Of a stretch of DNA of 27,296 nucleotides, positions 17,905 through 26,712 are shown piece after piece (the first letter of the stretch is position 1; each line of letters begins with the position of its first letter). The notes beneath the pieces are model-generated. The model saw nothing but the letters and a program-made list of their open reading frames with translations. It was not told the DNA's origin and searched no databases. The stretch is from a virus (taxonomy: Duplodnaviria; Heunggongvirae; Uroviricota; Caudoviricetes): IMG/VR virus record IMGVR_UViG_2531839440_000002. One strand, written 5' to 3'. A program made the position numbers and the translations under genes.

Positions 17905-18864
17905 ATGATAAAAAAACCTGTGATTGGAATCAGCGGTTGTCTGGCCGGTTCTGCTGTTCGTTTTGATGGTGGTCACAAAAGAGCTGACTTTTTAATGGAC
18001 AAATTAGTGGAATGGGTAACATTCAGACCAGTATGTCCGGAAATGGCTATAGGGCTGCCAGTTCCGCGTCCTGCTCTACGTCTTGTGCGCTCGACGCAAG
18101 GAAATATACGGATGTGTTTCAGCCACGACCAGAATGAGGATGTGACAGAGAGAATGACAGAGTTTAGTCGTTCTTATATGGACAAATTAAAGGATGTATC
18201 GGGGTTTGTGGTTTGTGCTAAATCTCCCAGCTGTGGCATGGAGCGCGTGCGTGTCTATGATGAAAATGGTAATCGAGGTCGTAAAGATGGAGTGGGACTA
18301 TTTACGAGCACTTTGATGGAAAAGTTTTCCTGGCTACCGGTTGAAGAGGATGGGCGATTACATGATCCAGTGCTTCGTGAGAATTTTGTTGAAAGAGTTT
18401 TTGCTTTGCATGAGCTCAATCACCTTTACAAGGAGAAATTATCAAGAAGAGAGTTATTAGCTTTTCATAGTCGTTATAAGCTTCAGTTGTTGGCGCATAG
18501 TCAGGCAGGCTATAAAGATATGGGACCATTTGTGGCTGCAATACACGAGTGGGCGGACCTTGAATCATACTTTGAGGTGTATCGTGATAAGCTGATGGCG
18601 ATTCTCAGAAAACCTGCATCACGTAAAAATCACACGAATGTGCTGATGCATATACAGGGGTATTTTAGTAACTACTTAAGTACACGCCAGCGTAAAGAGT
18701 TGAGCGAGGTTATACTTAACTATCGTTCTGGCACATTACCTCTTCTTGCGCCGTTGACTCTGCTGAAGCATTATCTGGGTGAGTATCCTAATGATTACTT
18801 GCTTACACAGAATTACTTCGATCCCTATCCGGACGAACTGGCTCTAAGACTGATGGTAAATTAA
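17905..18864 (+). CDS. DUF523 (TudS-like) / DUF1722 fusion protein
   Basis: 319-aa ORF; N-terminus MIKKPVIGISGCLAGSAVRFDGG with further conserved Cys (RPVCPE, CAKSPSCG) resembles DUF523; C-terminal half resembles DUF1722; GGGGGAGG SD upstream. Confidence 0.65.
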   Translation: MIKKPVIGISGCLAGSAVRFDGGHKRADFLMDKLVEWVTFRPVCPEMAIGLPVPRPALRLVRSTQGNIRMCFSHDQNEDVTERMTEFSRSYMDKLKDVSGFVVCAKSPSCGMERVRVYDENGNRGRKDGVGLFTSTLMEKFSWLPVEEDGRLHDPVLRENFVERVFALHELNHLYKEKLSRRELLAFHSRYKLQLLAHSQAGYKDMGPFVAAIHEWADLESYFEVYRDKLMAILRKPASRKNHTNVLMHIQGYFSNYLSTRQRKELSEVILNYRSGTLPLLAPLTLLKHYLGEYPNDYLLTQNYFDPYPDELALRLMVN

Positions 18865-19020
18865 TTGTATGCGATATCATCCAAAAGGATGAGTTCCTGC
18901 ATGCAGGATATTTACAATCGTAAAAACTACACTATGATACCCAGAGTGTCAGTTTGTATAAAAACTCTGTTTACGCTGAAGAAACCATTGAGATGCAACT
19001 TAAAGTTGGTGTATTTGCCC

Positions 19021-19926
19021 CTATATTTCCAGACACCTGTTATCACTTAACCCATTACTGGCCCGCTGCCGTAGATATTCCCGTGGCGAGCGATAACCCA
19101 GTGCACTATGCGGATGCCATTCGTTATAATGCTCGAACGCCTCTGCAAGATTCTTTGCTGCCGTTAACCCGTCTGGTTTGGGCATGATACTGATGTAATC
19201 ACGCTTTATCGTTTTCACGAAGCTCTCTGCTATGCCGTTACTCTCCGGACTCCGCACCGCCGTGTTCTTCGGTTCAAGTCCCAACATCCGAGCGAACTGG
19301 CGTGTTTCATTAGCCCGGTAGCATGAACCATTATCCGTCAGCCACTCCACTGGAGATGTCGGAAGCTCGCTGCCGAAGCGGCGTTCCACCGCTCCCAGCA
19401 TGACGTCCTGTACTGTTTCACTGTCGAAGCCGCCCGTAGTGACCGCCCAGTGCAGTGCCTCACGGTCACAGCAGTCCAGCGCGAACGTGACTCGCAGTTT
19501 TTCTCCGTTATCACAGCGGAACTCGAACCCGTCAGAGCACCATCGTTGATTGCTTTCTTTCACGGCCACTTTGCCAGTATGTGCCCGTTTCGATGGCGGT
19601 ACAGCGGTTTTTCGCTCAAGCAACAGCGCATTCTGGCGCATGATCCGGTAAACACGTTTGGCATTGATAGCAGGCATACCATCAAGTTCGGCCTGTCTGC
19701 GAAGCAGCGCCCATACCCGACGATAACCATACGTGGGCAGCTCTCCGATAACATGGTGTATACGGAGAAGCACATCCGTATCATCTGAGTGACGGCTGCG
19801 GCGACCATCTTTCCAGTCATCGGTTCGTCTGAGAATGACGTGCAACTGCGCACGCGACACCCGGAGACAACGGCTGACTAAGCTTACTCCCCATCCCCGG
19901 GCAATAAGGGCGCGTGCGCTATCCAC
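19021..19926 (-). CDS. insD: IS2 transposase OrfB
   Basis: 301-aa ORF with DDE-type region ...WCSDGFEF...DNGSCY... Confidence 0.9.
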
Positions 19927-20249
19927 TTTTTTGCACGCCCGTATTCAACGGCTTCTTTAAGGAGTTCATTTTCCATCGTTTTTTTGCCGAGCAGGCGCTG
20001 GAGTTCTTTAATCTGCTTCATGGCAGCAGCAAGTTCAGAGGCAGGAACGACCTGCTCTCCTGCGGCCACAGCAGTAAGACTTCCCTCCTGGTATTGCTTG
20101 CGCCAGAGAAATAACTGGCTGGCTGCCACACCGTGTTGCCGGGCAACAAGGGAGACCGTCATTCCCGGTTCAAAGCTCTGCTGAACAATAGCGATCTTTT
20201 CCTGTGTAGTACGCCGTCTGCGTTTCTCCGGCCCTAAGACATCAATCAT
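19884..20249 (-). CDS. insC: IS2 OrfA (helix-turn-helix)
   Basis: 121 aa from [47 protein letters not shown]...; the track ORF begins 15 codons upstream. Confidence 0.85.
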
Positions 20250-20551
20250 CTGTTCTCCAATGACTAGTCTAAAAACTAGTATTAAGACTATCACTTATTT
20301 AAGTGATATTGATTGTCTGGAGATTCAGGGGGCCAGTCTAGTTGGTAAACATGCCAGTCAAAATATATAATATTATGATTCCACGCAGCTATATATAATA
20401 TAACAGATTGGTTTAATAATTTGTCTTTGTGAGTTAAATACATAATTTTATACTTGTGATGCAATGAGATTTTCCTTATTGTTGAACTGGCGAATATTGA
20501 TTTTCCACCTATACTTACCTGGTGTAACCCCAATGATATCAGGTGGATAAT

Positions 20552-21277
20552 ATGCCATACATATGTTCTATCATTTTGGTGTTGAACTCGTTTGATGTCC
20601 GAATTGGTAAAGAAGATATTTTATTTAAAAAAGGAAGTGCTGTTCTCATTGATTACAATTTAAAAGATTTTTTTTCATCAAATATAGATCATGCAATGAT
20701 CGTAGATGTTGAAGAGAAAACAGTTAATGATTTCTTTAAAAGCAACACACTCTCACCTTTTTCTGTAAGAAGGTTTTATCCGGCATACTTGATGGTGGAA
20801 TGTGAAGATTTTTCATTGTTAAAGAACTTGATTGCATGCTTGAATTGTGATGGCAGAACTGTGGATTTTGTTAGAAATCAAATATCACTTGCATGTCTTG
20901 CTATCTTATCTTCAGAGAAAATAGTGCAAAGTTTTTTATTTGGATGTCTTAATAGTTTAGGAAGTAAAGTTAAGGCTATTATTCACACGGATATATCTGC
21001 AGCATGGAGACTTTGTGATATATCTTCAAGACTGTATCTGAGTGAAAGTCTGTTAAAAAGAAAATTAAAGCACGAAGGCTTATCATTTAGTAAGTTAATT
21101 CTTGAAGAGCGAATGGTGATGGCGGAAAGGTTATTAAGCTACAATTTATATTCTGTTGGAAAAGTTACTGAGATATGCGGTTATGAAAACACGTCATATT
21201 TTGTAAGTGTTTTCAGAAGATATTTTGGTGTTCCTCCCCATCAATATTCATCAAGATTTTTTTTAGAAAAGACATGA
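20552..21277 (+). CDS. AraC/XylS-family transcriptional regulator (prophage cargo)
   Basis: C-terminal helix-turn-helix region ...KVTEICGYENTSYFVSVFRRYFGVPPHQY typical of AraC family; AT-rich; ATG at 20552 after AGGTGG (track start 20543 is GTG). Confidence 0.75.
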   Translation: MPYICSIILVLNSFDVRIGKEDILFKKGSAVLIDYNLKDFFSSNIDHAMIVDVEEKTVNDFFKSNTLSPFSVRRFYPAYLMVECEDFSLLKNLIACLNCDGRTVDFVRNQISLACLAILSSEKIVQSFLFGCLNSLGSKVKAIIHTDISAAWRLCDISSRLYLSESLLKRKLKHEGLSFSKLILEERMVMAERLLSYNLYSVGKVTEICGYENTSYFVSVFRRYFGVPPHQYSSRFFLEKT

Positions 21278-21343
21278 TGTAACGTGATGCGTTTTAATGA
21301 TTTTGTAATTTTCGTATTTGATAATTGTATGATGCTTTCAGCT

Positions 21344-21375
21344 ACGCCAGAATAATCGCTGGCGTTTTTCTTTTT
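21344..21375 (+). terminator. Rho-independent terminator after the AraC-family gene
   Basis: Stem CGCCAG / CTGGCG, loop AATAATCG, followed by TTTTTCTTTTT. Confidence 0.45.
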
Positions 21376-21470
21376 GAATAGATGTTCAAGCCTTACGCTA
21401 ATGTAACTTCTATACCTTTCCTCTTCGTTCCGAACCGTGTACACCATCCGTTATTTGCGGAGGTGAGGCT

Positions 21471-21686
21471 ATGAAATCCATGGATAAGTTAACAACGGGT
21501 GTCGCCTATGGCACCTCAGCAGGTAGTGCCGGTTACTGGTTTTTACAGCTGCTCGATAAAGTCACGCCCTCACAGTGGGCAGCAATAGGTGTGCTGGGTA
21601 GCCTGGTATTTGGCCTGCTGACGTACCTGACAAACCTTTATTTCAAGATTAAAGAAGATAAGCGCAAGGCTGCGAGAGGTGAATAA
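21471..21686 (+). CDS. Class II holin / pinholin (phage 21 S21-type) with dual-start motif MKSM
   Basis: 71 aa [26 protein letters not shown]...; two TM segments; GGAGGTGAGG SD; resembles recalled S21/EssD. Confidence 0.85.
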
Positions 21687-22183
21687 TGCCTCCATCATTA
21701 CGAAAAGCCGTTGCTGCTGCTATTGGTGGCGGGGCTATTGCTATAGCATCTGTGCTAATCACTGGCCCAAGTGGTAACGATGGTCTGGAGGGTGTGAGAC
21801 ATAATCCTTACAAAGACATAGTTGGTGTATGGACTGTATGTTACGGGCATACAGGAAAAGACATCATTCCTGGTAAAACGTATACCGAAGCAGAGTGCAA
21901 AGCCCTCCTGAATAAAGACCTTGCCACTGTCGCCAGACAAATTAACCCGTACATCAAAGTCGATATACCGGAAACAACGCGCGGCGCTCTTTACTCGTTC
22001 GTCTACAACGTGGGTGCTGGCAATTTCAGAACATCGACGCTTCTTCGCAAAATAAACCAGGGTGATATTAAAGGCGCATGTGATCAGCTACGGCGCTGGA
22101 CATACGCTGGCGGTAATCAATGGAAAGGACTGATGACTCGCCGTGAGATTGAGCGTGAAGTCTGTTTGTGGGGGAAACAATGA
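21686..22183 (+). CDS. Endolysin (lysozyme), SAR-endolysin type
   Basis: 165 aa; N-terminal [18 protein letters not shown] signal-anchor-release-like segment; catalytic region ...[23 protein letters not shown]...; start overlaps holin stop (TAATG). Confidence 0.85.
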   Translation: MPPSLRKAVAAAIGGGAIAIASVLITGPSGNDGLEGVRHNPYKDIVGVWTVCYGHTGKDIIPGKTYTEAECKALLNKDLATVARQINPYIKVDIPETTRGALYSFVYNVGAGNFRTSTLLRKINQGDIKGACDQLRRWTYAGGNQWKGLMTRREIEREVCLWGKQ

Positions 22184-22638
22184 GCAGAGTAACCGCGATT
22201 ATCTCCGCTCTGGTTATCTGCATCATCGTCTGCCTGTCATTGGCTGTTAATCATTACCGTGATAACGCAATCGCCTACAAGGAGCAGCGCGATAACAAGG
22301 CCAGTGAACTGGAGAAGGCGAACGCCACCATCGCTGACATGCGGAAGCGTCAACGTGATGTAGCAGAACTCGACGCAAGATACACAAAGGAGCTTGCTGA
22401 TGCTAACGCGACTATCGAAAGTCTCCGTGCTGATGTTTCTGCTGGGCGTAAGCGCCTGCAAGTCGCCGCCACCTGTGCAAAGTCAACGACCGGAGCCAGC
22501 GGCATGGGCGATGGAGAAAGCCCAGGACTTACAGCAGATGCTGAACTCAATTATTACCGTCTCCGAAGTGGAATCGACAAGATAACCGCGCAGGTTAACT
22601 ACCTGCAGGAATACATCAGGACGCAATGCCTGAAATAA
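22180..22638 (+). CDS. Rz-type inner-membrane spanin subunit
   Basis: ATG at 22180 overlaps endolysin stop; N-terminal [20 protein letters not shown] then coiled-coil. Confidence 0.8.
   Translation: MSRVTAIISALVICIIVCLSLAVNHYRDNAIAYKEQRDNKASELEKANATIADMRKRQRDVAELDARYTKELADANATIESLRADVSAGRKRLQVAATCAKSTTGASGMGDGESPGLTADAELNYYRLRSGIDKITAQVNYLQEYIRTQCLK
22394..22585 (+). CDS. Rz1-type outer-membrane lipoprotein spanin subunit, embedded in Rz in the +1 frame
   Basis: Lipobox LGVSAC followed by proline-rich [13 protein letters not shown]; exact start Met uncertain. Confidence 0.6.
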   Translation: MLMLTRLSKVSVLMFLLGVSACKSPPPVQSQRPEPAAWAMEKAQDLQQMLNSIITVSEVESTR

Positions 22639-22839
22639 TTTTTTTGCAAATCACAAAGTCCATTTAATGAGCCTCGCGATGCGGGGCTTTTTGCAATAAA
22701 TGCGTACCGCAACGCATGTTTTTTACACCGAACCTGCCCCTTTGGAATGGGCCTTTGAGGATACCAGTTAGTGCTGGCGAGCCTCGGTGGGCTGGTTTCC
22801 TGTGCGGCAAAGGTTCATTTCAAAGAGTAGGTACACGCT

Positions 22840-23280
22840 ATGAAATCATTAACCCTCTCCAATCAACCAATTCGTATCGGTGAAGATGGCATGATCTGCC
22901 TCACTGATATGTGGAAAGCCAGTGGTAAAAGTGAATCTGAATCGCCTTACCACTACCTGCGAAACAAGCAGACCAAAGAGTTCTTAGCCGAGCTGGAGAA
23001 AAACCACGAATCTGTGGTTTTTACTGAGCGCGGTGTACACGGTGGAACATATGGCGGGAAGTTTGTTGCTTACGATTATGCGGCTTGGTTAAACCCCGGG
23101 TTCAAGTACGCGGCCTATAAAGTCCTCGATGACTACTTCACCGGAGAACTTCAGCATCGCAACAGCTTAAGTGCGCAGCTCAACATGAAATGTCATGAGT
23201 TTGACCAGAAAAGACATGGCGAGCTTCTGCGGACAAGGGCTGGCAGCATGGCGCTATACGAAGCCAGTGTTGGTCGCTGA
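22840..23280 (+). CDS. Hypothetical protein (146 aa), possibly KilA-N-like DNA-binding domain
   Basis: ATG at 22840; N-terminus MKSLTLSNQPIRIGEDGMICLTDMWKASGK; domain assignment from recall only. Confidence 0.45.
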   Translation: MKSLTLSNQPIRIGEDGMICLTDMWKASGKSESESPYHYLRNKQTKEFLAELEKNHESVVFTERGVHGGTYGGKFVAYDYAAWLNPGFKYAAYKVLDDYFTGELQHRNSLSAQLNMKCHEFDQKRHGELLRTRAGSMALYEASVGR

Positions 23281-23331
23281 GATTAACTCCCTGGCTAACC
23301 AGCTGCAGATTACGATCCCCGGGCTTCCGGG

Positions 23332-23601
23332 ATGAGTGATCATGTTATTGAATGCGCCTCCAGAGCGGGGCGCGACTTCTCAGAGTTCATGAAAGGCGAG
23401 AAGGGCATGATGGAAGCATTGGCCTCGGTGGATGAGTTTGGCGAGCAGCTGCGCCTCAACGGCTGTGTCAATCATCACTTTGTTAGCTACATGATGCGGA
23501 ACTCGATCATGCAGGCATTCATGGACATGGCAAAAGCCGAGAGGAAAGAAGAGCGCCGGCGTAAGCGAGCGGAAGCAAAAGCAAAAGCAAAAGTGAAGTA
23601 G
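23332..23601 (+). CDS. Hypothetical protein (89 aa) with basic K/R/E-rich C-terminus
   Basis: ORF with ATG at 23332; no motif recognised. Confidence 0.4.
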   Translation: MSDHVIECASRAGRDFSEFMKGEKGMMEALASVDEFGEQLRLNGCVNHHFVSYMMRNSIMQAFMDMAKAERKEERRRKRAEAKAKAKVK

Positions 23602-23603
23602 CC

Positions 23604-23640
23604 ATTACAAAGCCCATTTACGGGTGGGCTTGATAATGAA
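23604..23640. repeat. Hairpin element A (AAGCCCA-N8-TGGGCTT followed by GATAATG)
   Basis: Inverted repeat read directly; similar element B at 23900-23940. Confidence 0.3.
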
Positions 23641-23899
23641 ACCGGAATTTATTCTGGGCCACCAGTTAACGGCAGTACCACGAAACAACCCAAGCCAGTA
23701 AGTGGGGAAATAACACCGGCAGCCACTGAAAGATGAACCTCCTGCCTTATGGCAAAAAAGATTCTTTGTGGTGGCGGACTGATGGAAAGACATCCTAATT
23801 TCAGCCAAACATTGAAGAAGTTGTTATGTCAGCAGAAGGTTTCAATAACCCATCAAAATTCCGGGATGAGTGGGATAGCAGCGTAAAGAGTAAGTGATG

Positions 23900-23940
23900 C
23901 CATCACAAAAGCCATTCCCTACAGAGTGGCTTTGATAATG
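23900..23940. repeat. Hairpin element B (AAAGCCA-N12-TGGCTTT followed by GATAATG)
   Basis: Imperfect direct copy of element A, about 295 bp downstream. Confidence 0.3.
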
Positions 23941-23979
23941 GCTTATACCCTACACGGGATAACTTAACTGATATCCCTT

Positions 23980-24144
23980 TTAAAGGATAAAGGTATTCAA
24001 GCCTGACACATCATGCGCTGTATCGTCGCCGTATTCCCGTATTAACAGAGACCGTAGCCCGACGGGGAACTCCTTCTGCGCGAGTGTGCGGGAATAATCA
24101 AAAACGATGCACACCGGGGTTACCGGGTACACATATTTCATCAT
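23980..24144 (-). CDS. Small hypothetical protein (54 aa), not in the ORF track
   Basis: ATG-ATG at 24144; translation MMKYVYPVTPVCIVFDYSRTLAQKEFPVGLRSLLIREYGDDTAHDVSGLNTFIL; ordinary composition, no obvious SD. Confidence 0.3.
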   Translation of the reverse strand: MMKYVYPVTPVCIVFDYSRTLAQKEFPVGLRSLLIREYGDDTAHDVSGLNTFIL

Positions 24145-24189
24145 GCCAGCGAGTCCGGTTCTGGCACGGAAGAAACCGGACGTTATGAT

Positions 24190-24600
24190 TTAGTGCGGAA
24201 ATATTTGTGTAGTGTTCTGAATGTTCTCAGTAAAGAGTAATGAATTATCAAAGGTATAGTAATACCTTTTGTTTTCGTGGATATTTGTAATCCATCTGAA
24301 AACCCCTGCTGTAGCAAGATTTTTTCTGTATTCGTAAAATGATAACTCTCCTGATTTGAATCCTTTTAAGGTGGCTTCTATAAGGCATTTATTTTTTGAA
24401 AATCTTACATTTACAACCTTACCCTGTCCTTTTATTAAAACCGTATTATCGTTTTCAAGAACAAGATGAATATTCTCTGTGGCTAAATAGTAAATGTAAT
24501 GTGAGACATTGTGACGTTTTAGTTCAGAATAAAACCAGTGATAGTTTAAATTATTTCGCACTTTATCGAATATTTGTTTAAAAATGGCAACCTGAGCCAT
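24190..24600 (-). CDS. ybcV: YbcV-like (DUF1398) prophage protein
   Basis: [58 protein letters not shown]... recalled as DLP12 YbcV; track start is 5 codons upstream. Confidence 0.6.
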   Translation of the reverse strand: MAQVAIFKQIFDKVRNNLNYHWFYSELKRHNVSHYIYYLATENIHLVLENDNTVLIKGQGKVVNVRFSKNKCLIEATLKGFKSGELSFYEYRKNLATAGVFRWITNIHENKRYYYTFDNSLLFTENIQNTTQIFPH

Positions 24601-24656
24601 TGTAGTACCTTCCATGTGATATGAGGGGCGTAGTCTGCACGATTATCTAAATTGCT

Positions 24657-24890
24657 TCAATCTGGTCTAACCTGTTTTCTGAGCAATTCAGTAATGTCAC
24701 TCTTTTCTTTGTTTGCTTCAGGCGAAACTCTTTTTTCTGAGCACAGTCTCCGGCGGCAGGCTTCAATGACCCAGGCTGAGAAATTCCCAGACCCTTTTTG
24801 CTCAAGAGCGATGTTAATTTGTTCAATCATTTGGTTAGGAAAGCGGATGTTGCGGGTTGTTGTTCTGCGGGTTCTGTTCTTCGTTGACAT
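24657..24890 (-). CDS. Small DNA-binding-like protein (YlcI-like, ribbon-helix-helix-type)
   Basis: 77-aa ORF; ...RFPNQMIEQINIALEQKGSGNFSAWVIEACRRRL resembles ribbon-helix-helix proteins. Confidence 0.45.
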   Translation of the reverse strand: MSTKNRTRRTTTRNIRFPNQMIEQINIALEQKGSGNFSAWVIEACRRRLCSEKRVSPEANKEKSDITELLRKQVRPD

Positions 24891-25088
24891 GAGGTTGCCC
24901 CGTATTCAGTGTCGCTGATTTGTATTGTCTGAAGTTGTTTTTACGTTAAGTTGATGCAGATCAATTAATACGATACCTGCGTCATAATTGATTATTTGAC
25001 GTGGTTTGATGGCGTAGATGCACGTTGTGACATATAGATGATAATTATTATCATTTTGCGGGTCCTTTCCGGCGATCCGACAGGTTAC

Positions 25089-25101
25089 GGGGCGGCGACC
25101 T
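25089..25101. other. Lambda-type cos site (cosN cohesive-end sequence GGGCGGCGACCT) about 190 bp upstream of Nu1 start
   Basis: ...CAGGTTACGGGGCGGCGACCTCTCGGGTTTTCGCTATTTATGAAAATTTTCCGG matches recalled lambda right-end/left-end junction with one substitution. Confidence 0.7.
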
Positions 25102-25278
25102 CTCGGGTTTTCGCTATTTATGAAAATTTTCCGGTTTAAGGCATTTCCGTTCTTCTTCATCGTAACTTAATGTTTTTATTTAAAACACCCCCTGAAAAGA
25201 AAGGAAACGACAGGTGCTGAAAACGGGCTTTTTGGCCTCTGTCGTTTCCTTTCTCTGTTTTTGTCCGTGGAATGAACA

Positions 25279-26712
25279 ATGGAAGTCAACAAAAAGCAGC
25301 TGGCTGACATTTTCGGCGCGAGTATCCGTACCATTCAGAACTGGCAGGAGCAGGGAATGCCCGTTCTGCGGGGTGGTGGGAAGGGTAATGAGGTGCTTTA
25401 TGATTCTGCCGCCGTCATAAAATGGTATGCCGAAAGGGATGCTGAAATTGAGAACGAAAAGCTGCGCCGGGAAGTTGAAGAACTGCGGCAGGCCAGCGAG
25501 ACAGATCTCCAGCTACCTTCTGCCCGTAAGGTGAATGGTAAGGCGCTTTCAGCGGATATAACACTGACACCGAAAGATATTGGTACGCTTAACTCAACAA
25601 CTATGTCATTCAGCGGTGGTGCTGGTTGGTTCAAATTAGCAACGGTAACCATGCCGCAGGCGAGTTCTGTTGTTTCAATTACGTTGATTGGTGGGGCTGG
25701 ATATAACGTCGGTTCACCTCAACAGGCAGGTATATCTGAACTTGTTTTGCGTGCAGGTAATGGTAATCCGAAGGGGATTACTGGTGCTTTATGGCAGCGC
25801 ACATCGGCAGGGTTTACAAATTTTGCCTGGGTCAATACATCTGGTGATACTTACGATATTTACGTTGCAATCGGAAATTATGCGACTGGTGTAAATATTC
25901 AATGGGATTATACCAGTAATGCCAGCGTAACGATTCATACGTCACCAGCATATTCTGCTAATAAGCCGGAAGGGTTAACGGACGGTACAGTTTATTCACT
26001 CTATACGCCATCAGAGCAGTTTTATCCGCCTGGCGCACCAATCCCGTGGCCATCGGATACCGTTCCGTCTGGTTATGCCCTGATGCAGGGGCAGACTTTT
26101 GACAAATCTGCCTACCCGAAACTTGCAGTCGCTTATCCGTCAGGCGTGATCCCTGATATGCGTGGCTGGACGATTAAGGGCAAGCCCGCCAGTGGTCGTG
26201 CCGTATTGTCTCAGGAGCAGGACGGCATTAAATCGCACACCCACAGCGCCAGCGCATCCAGTACGGATTTGGGTACGAAAACCACATCGTCGTTTGATTA
26301 CGGCACTAAATCCACGAATAACACCGGGGCGCATACGCACAGTCTGAGCGGCTCTACAAGCTCGGCCGGAGCACACTCGCACGTTGATGGTCGCAGGTTT
26401 AATACAAGCACTTTTAAAGACACCTATCAGTATGGTTCTACAGCTGTCGGAAGTAACTCATACCAGGTACAAGGGGTGGTTGGTCTGGGCATTGGCACGA
26501 TGGCGAATACGAACTCTGCTGGCGCGCATACCCACTCACTGTCCGGCACTGCTGCAAGCGCAGGTGCACACGCACATACTGTCGGTATTGGTGCACACAC
26601 GCACTCCGTTGCGATTGGTTCACATGGACACACCATCACCGTTAACGCTGCTGGTAACGCGGAAAACACCGTCAAAAACATCGCATTTAACTATATTGTG
26701 AGGCTTGCATAA
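25279..26712 (+). pseudogene. In-frame fusion of terminase small subunit Nu1 N-terminus (about 78 aa) to the C-terminal about 400 aa of side tail fiber Stf; deletion scar
   Basis: N-terminus [74 protein letters not shown] matches recalled lambda Nu1; junction near 25513; C-terminus has tail-fiber HxH repeats and ends [11 protein letters not shown] before tfa. Confidence 0.75.

Larger units (their letters stand above)
19010..20340 (-). mobile_element. IS2 insertion sequence (1331 bp) flanked by 5-bp direct repeat GTTGG
   Basis: End at 20340 is reverse complement of recalled IS2 left repeat TAGACTGGCCCCCTGAATCTCCAGACAACC...; insC/insD ORFs; duplications at 19005-19009 and 20341-20345. Confidence 0.9.

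Noticed and set aside
18954-19187. 77-aa plus-strand ORF spanning the IS2 boundary
   Set aside because: Crosses the IS2 terminal repeat and duplication; artefact of the insertion.
20291-20533. 80-aa minus-strand ORF between IS2 and the AraC-family gene
   Set aside because: Starts inside the IS2 terminal repeat; AT-rich intergenic sequence without start context.
24906-25160. 84-aa minus-strand ORF overlapping the cos region
   Set aside because: Overlaps the conserved cosN/cosB DNA, which is non-coding in lambda.
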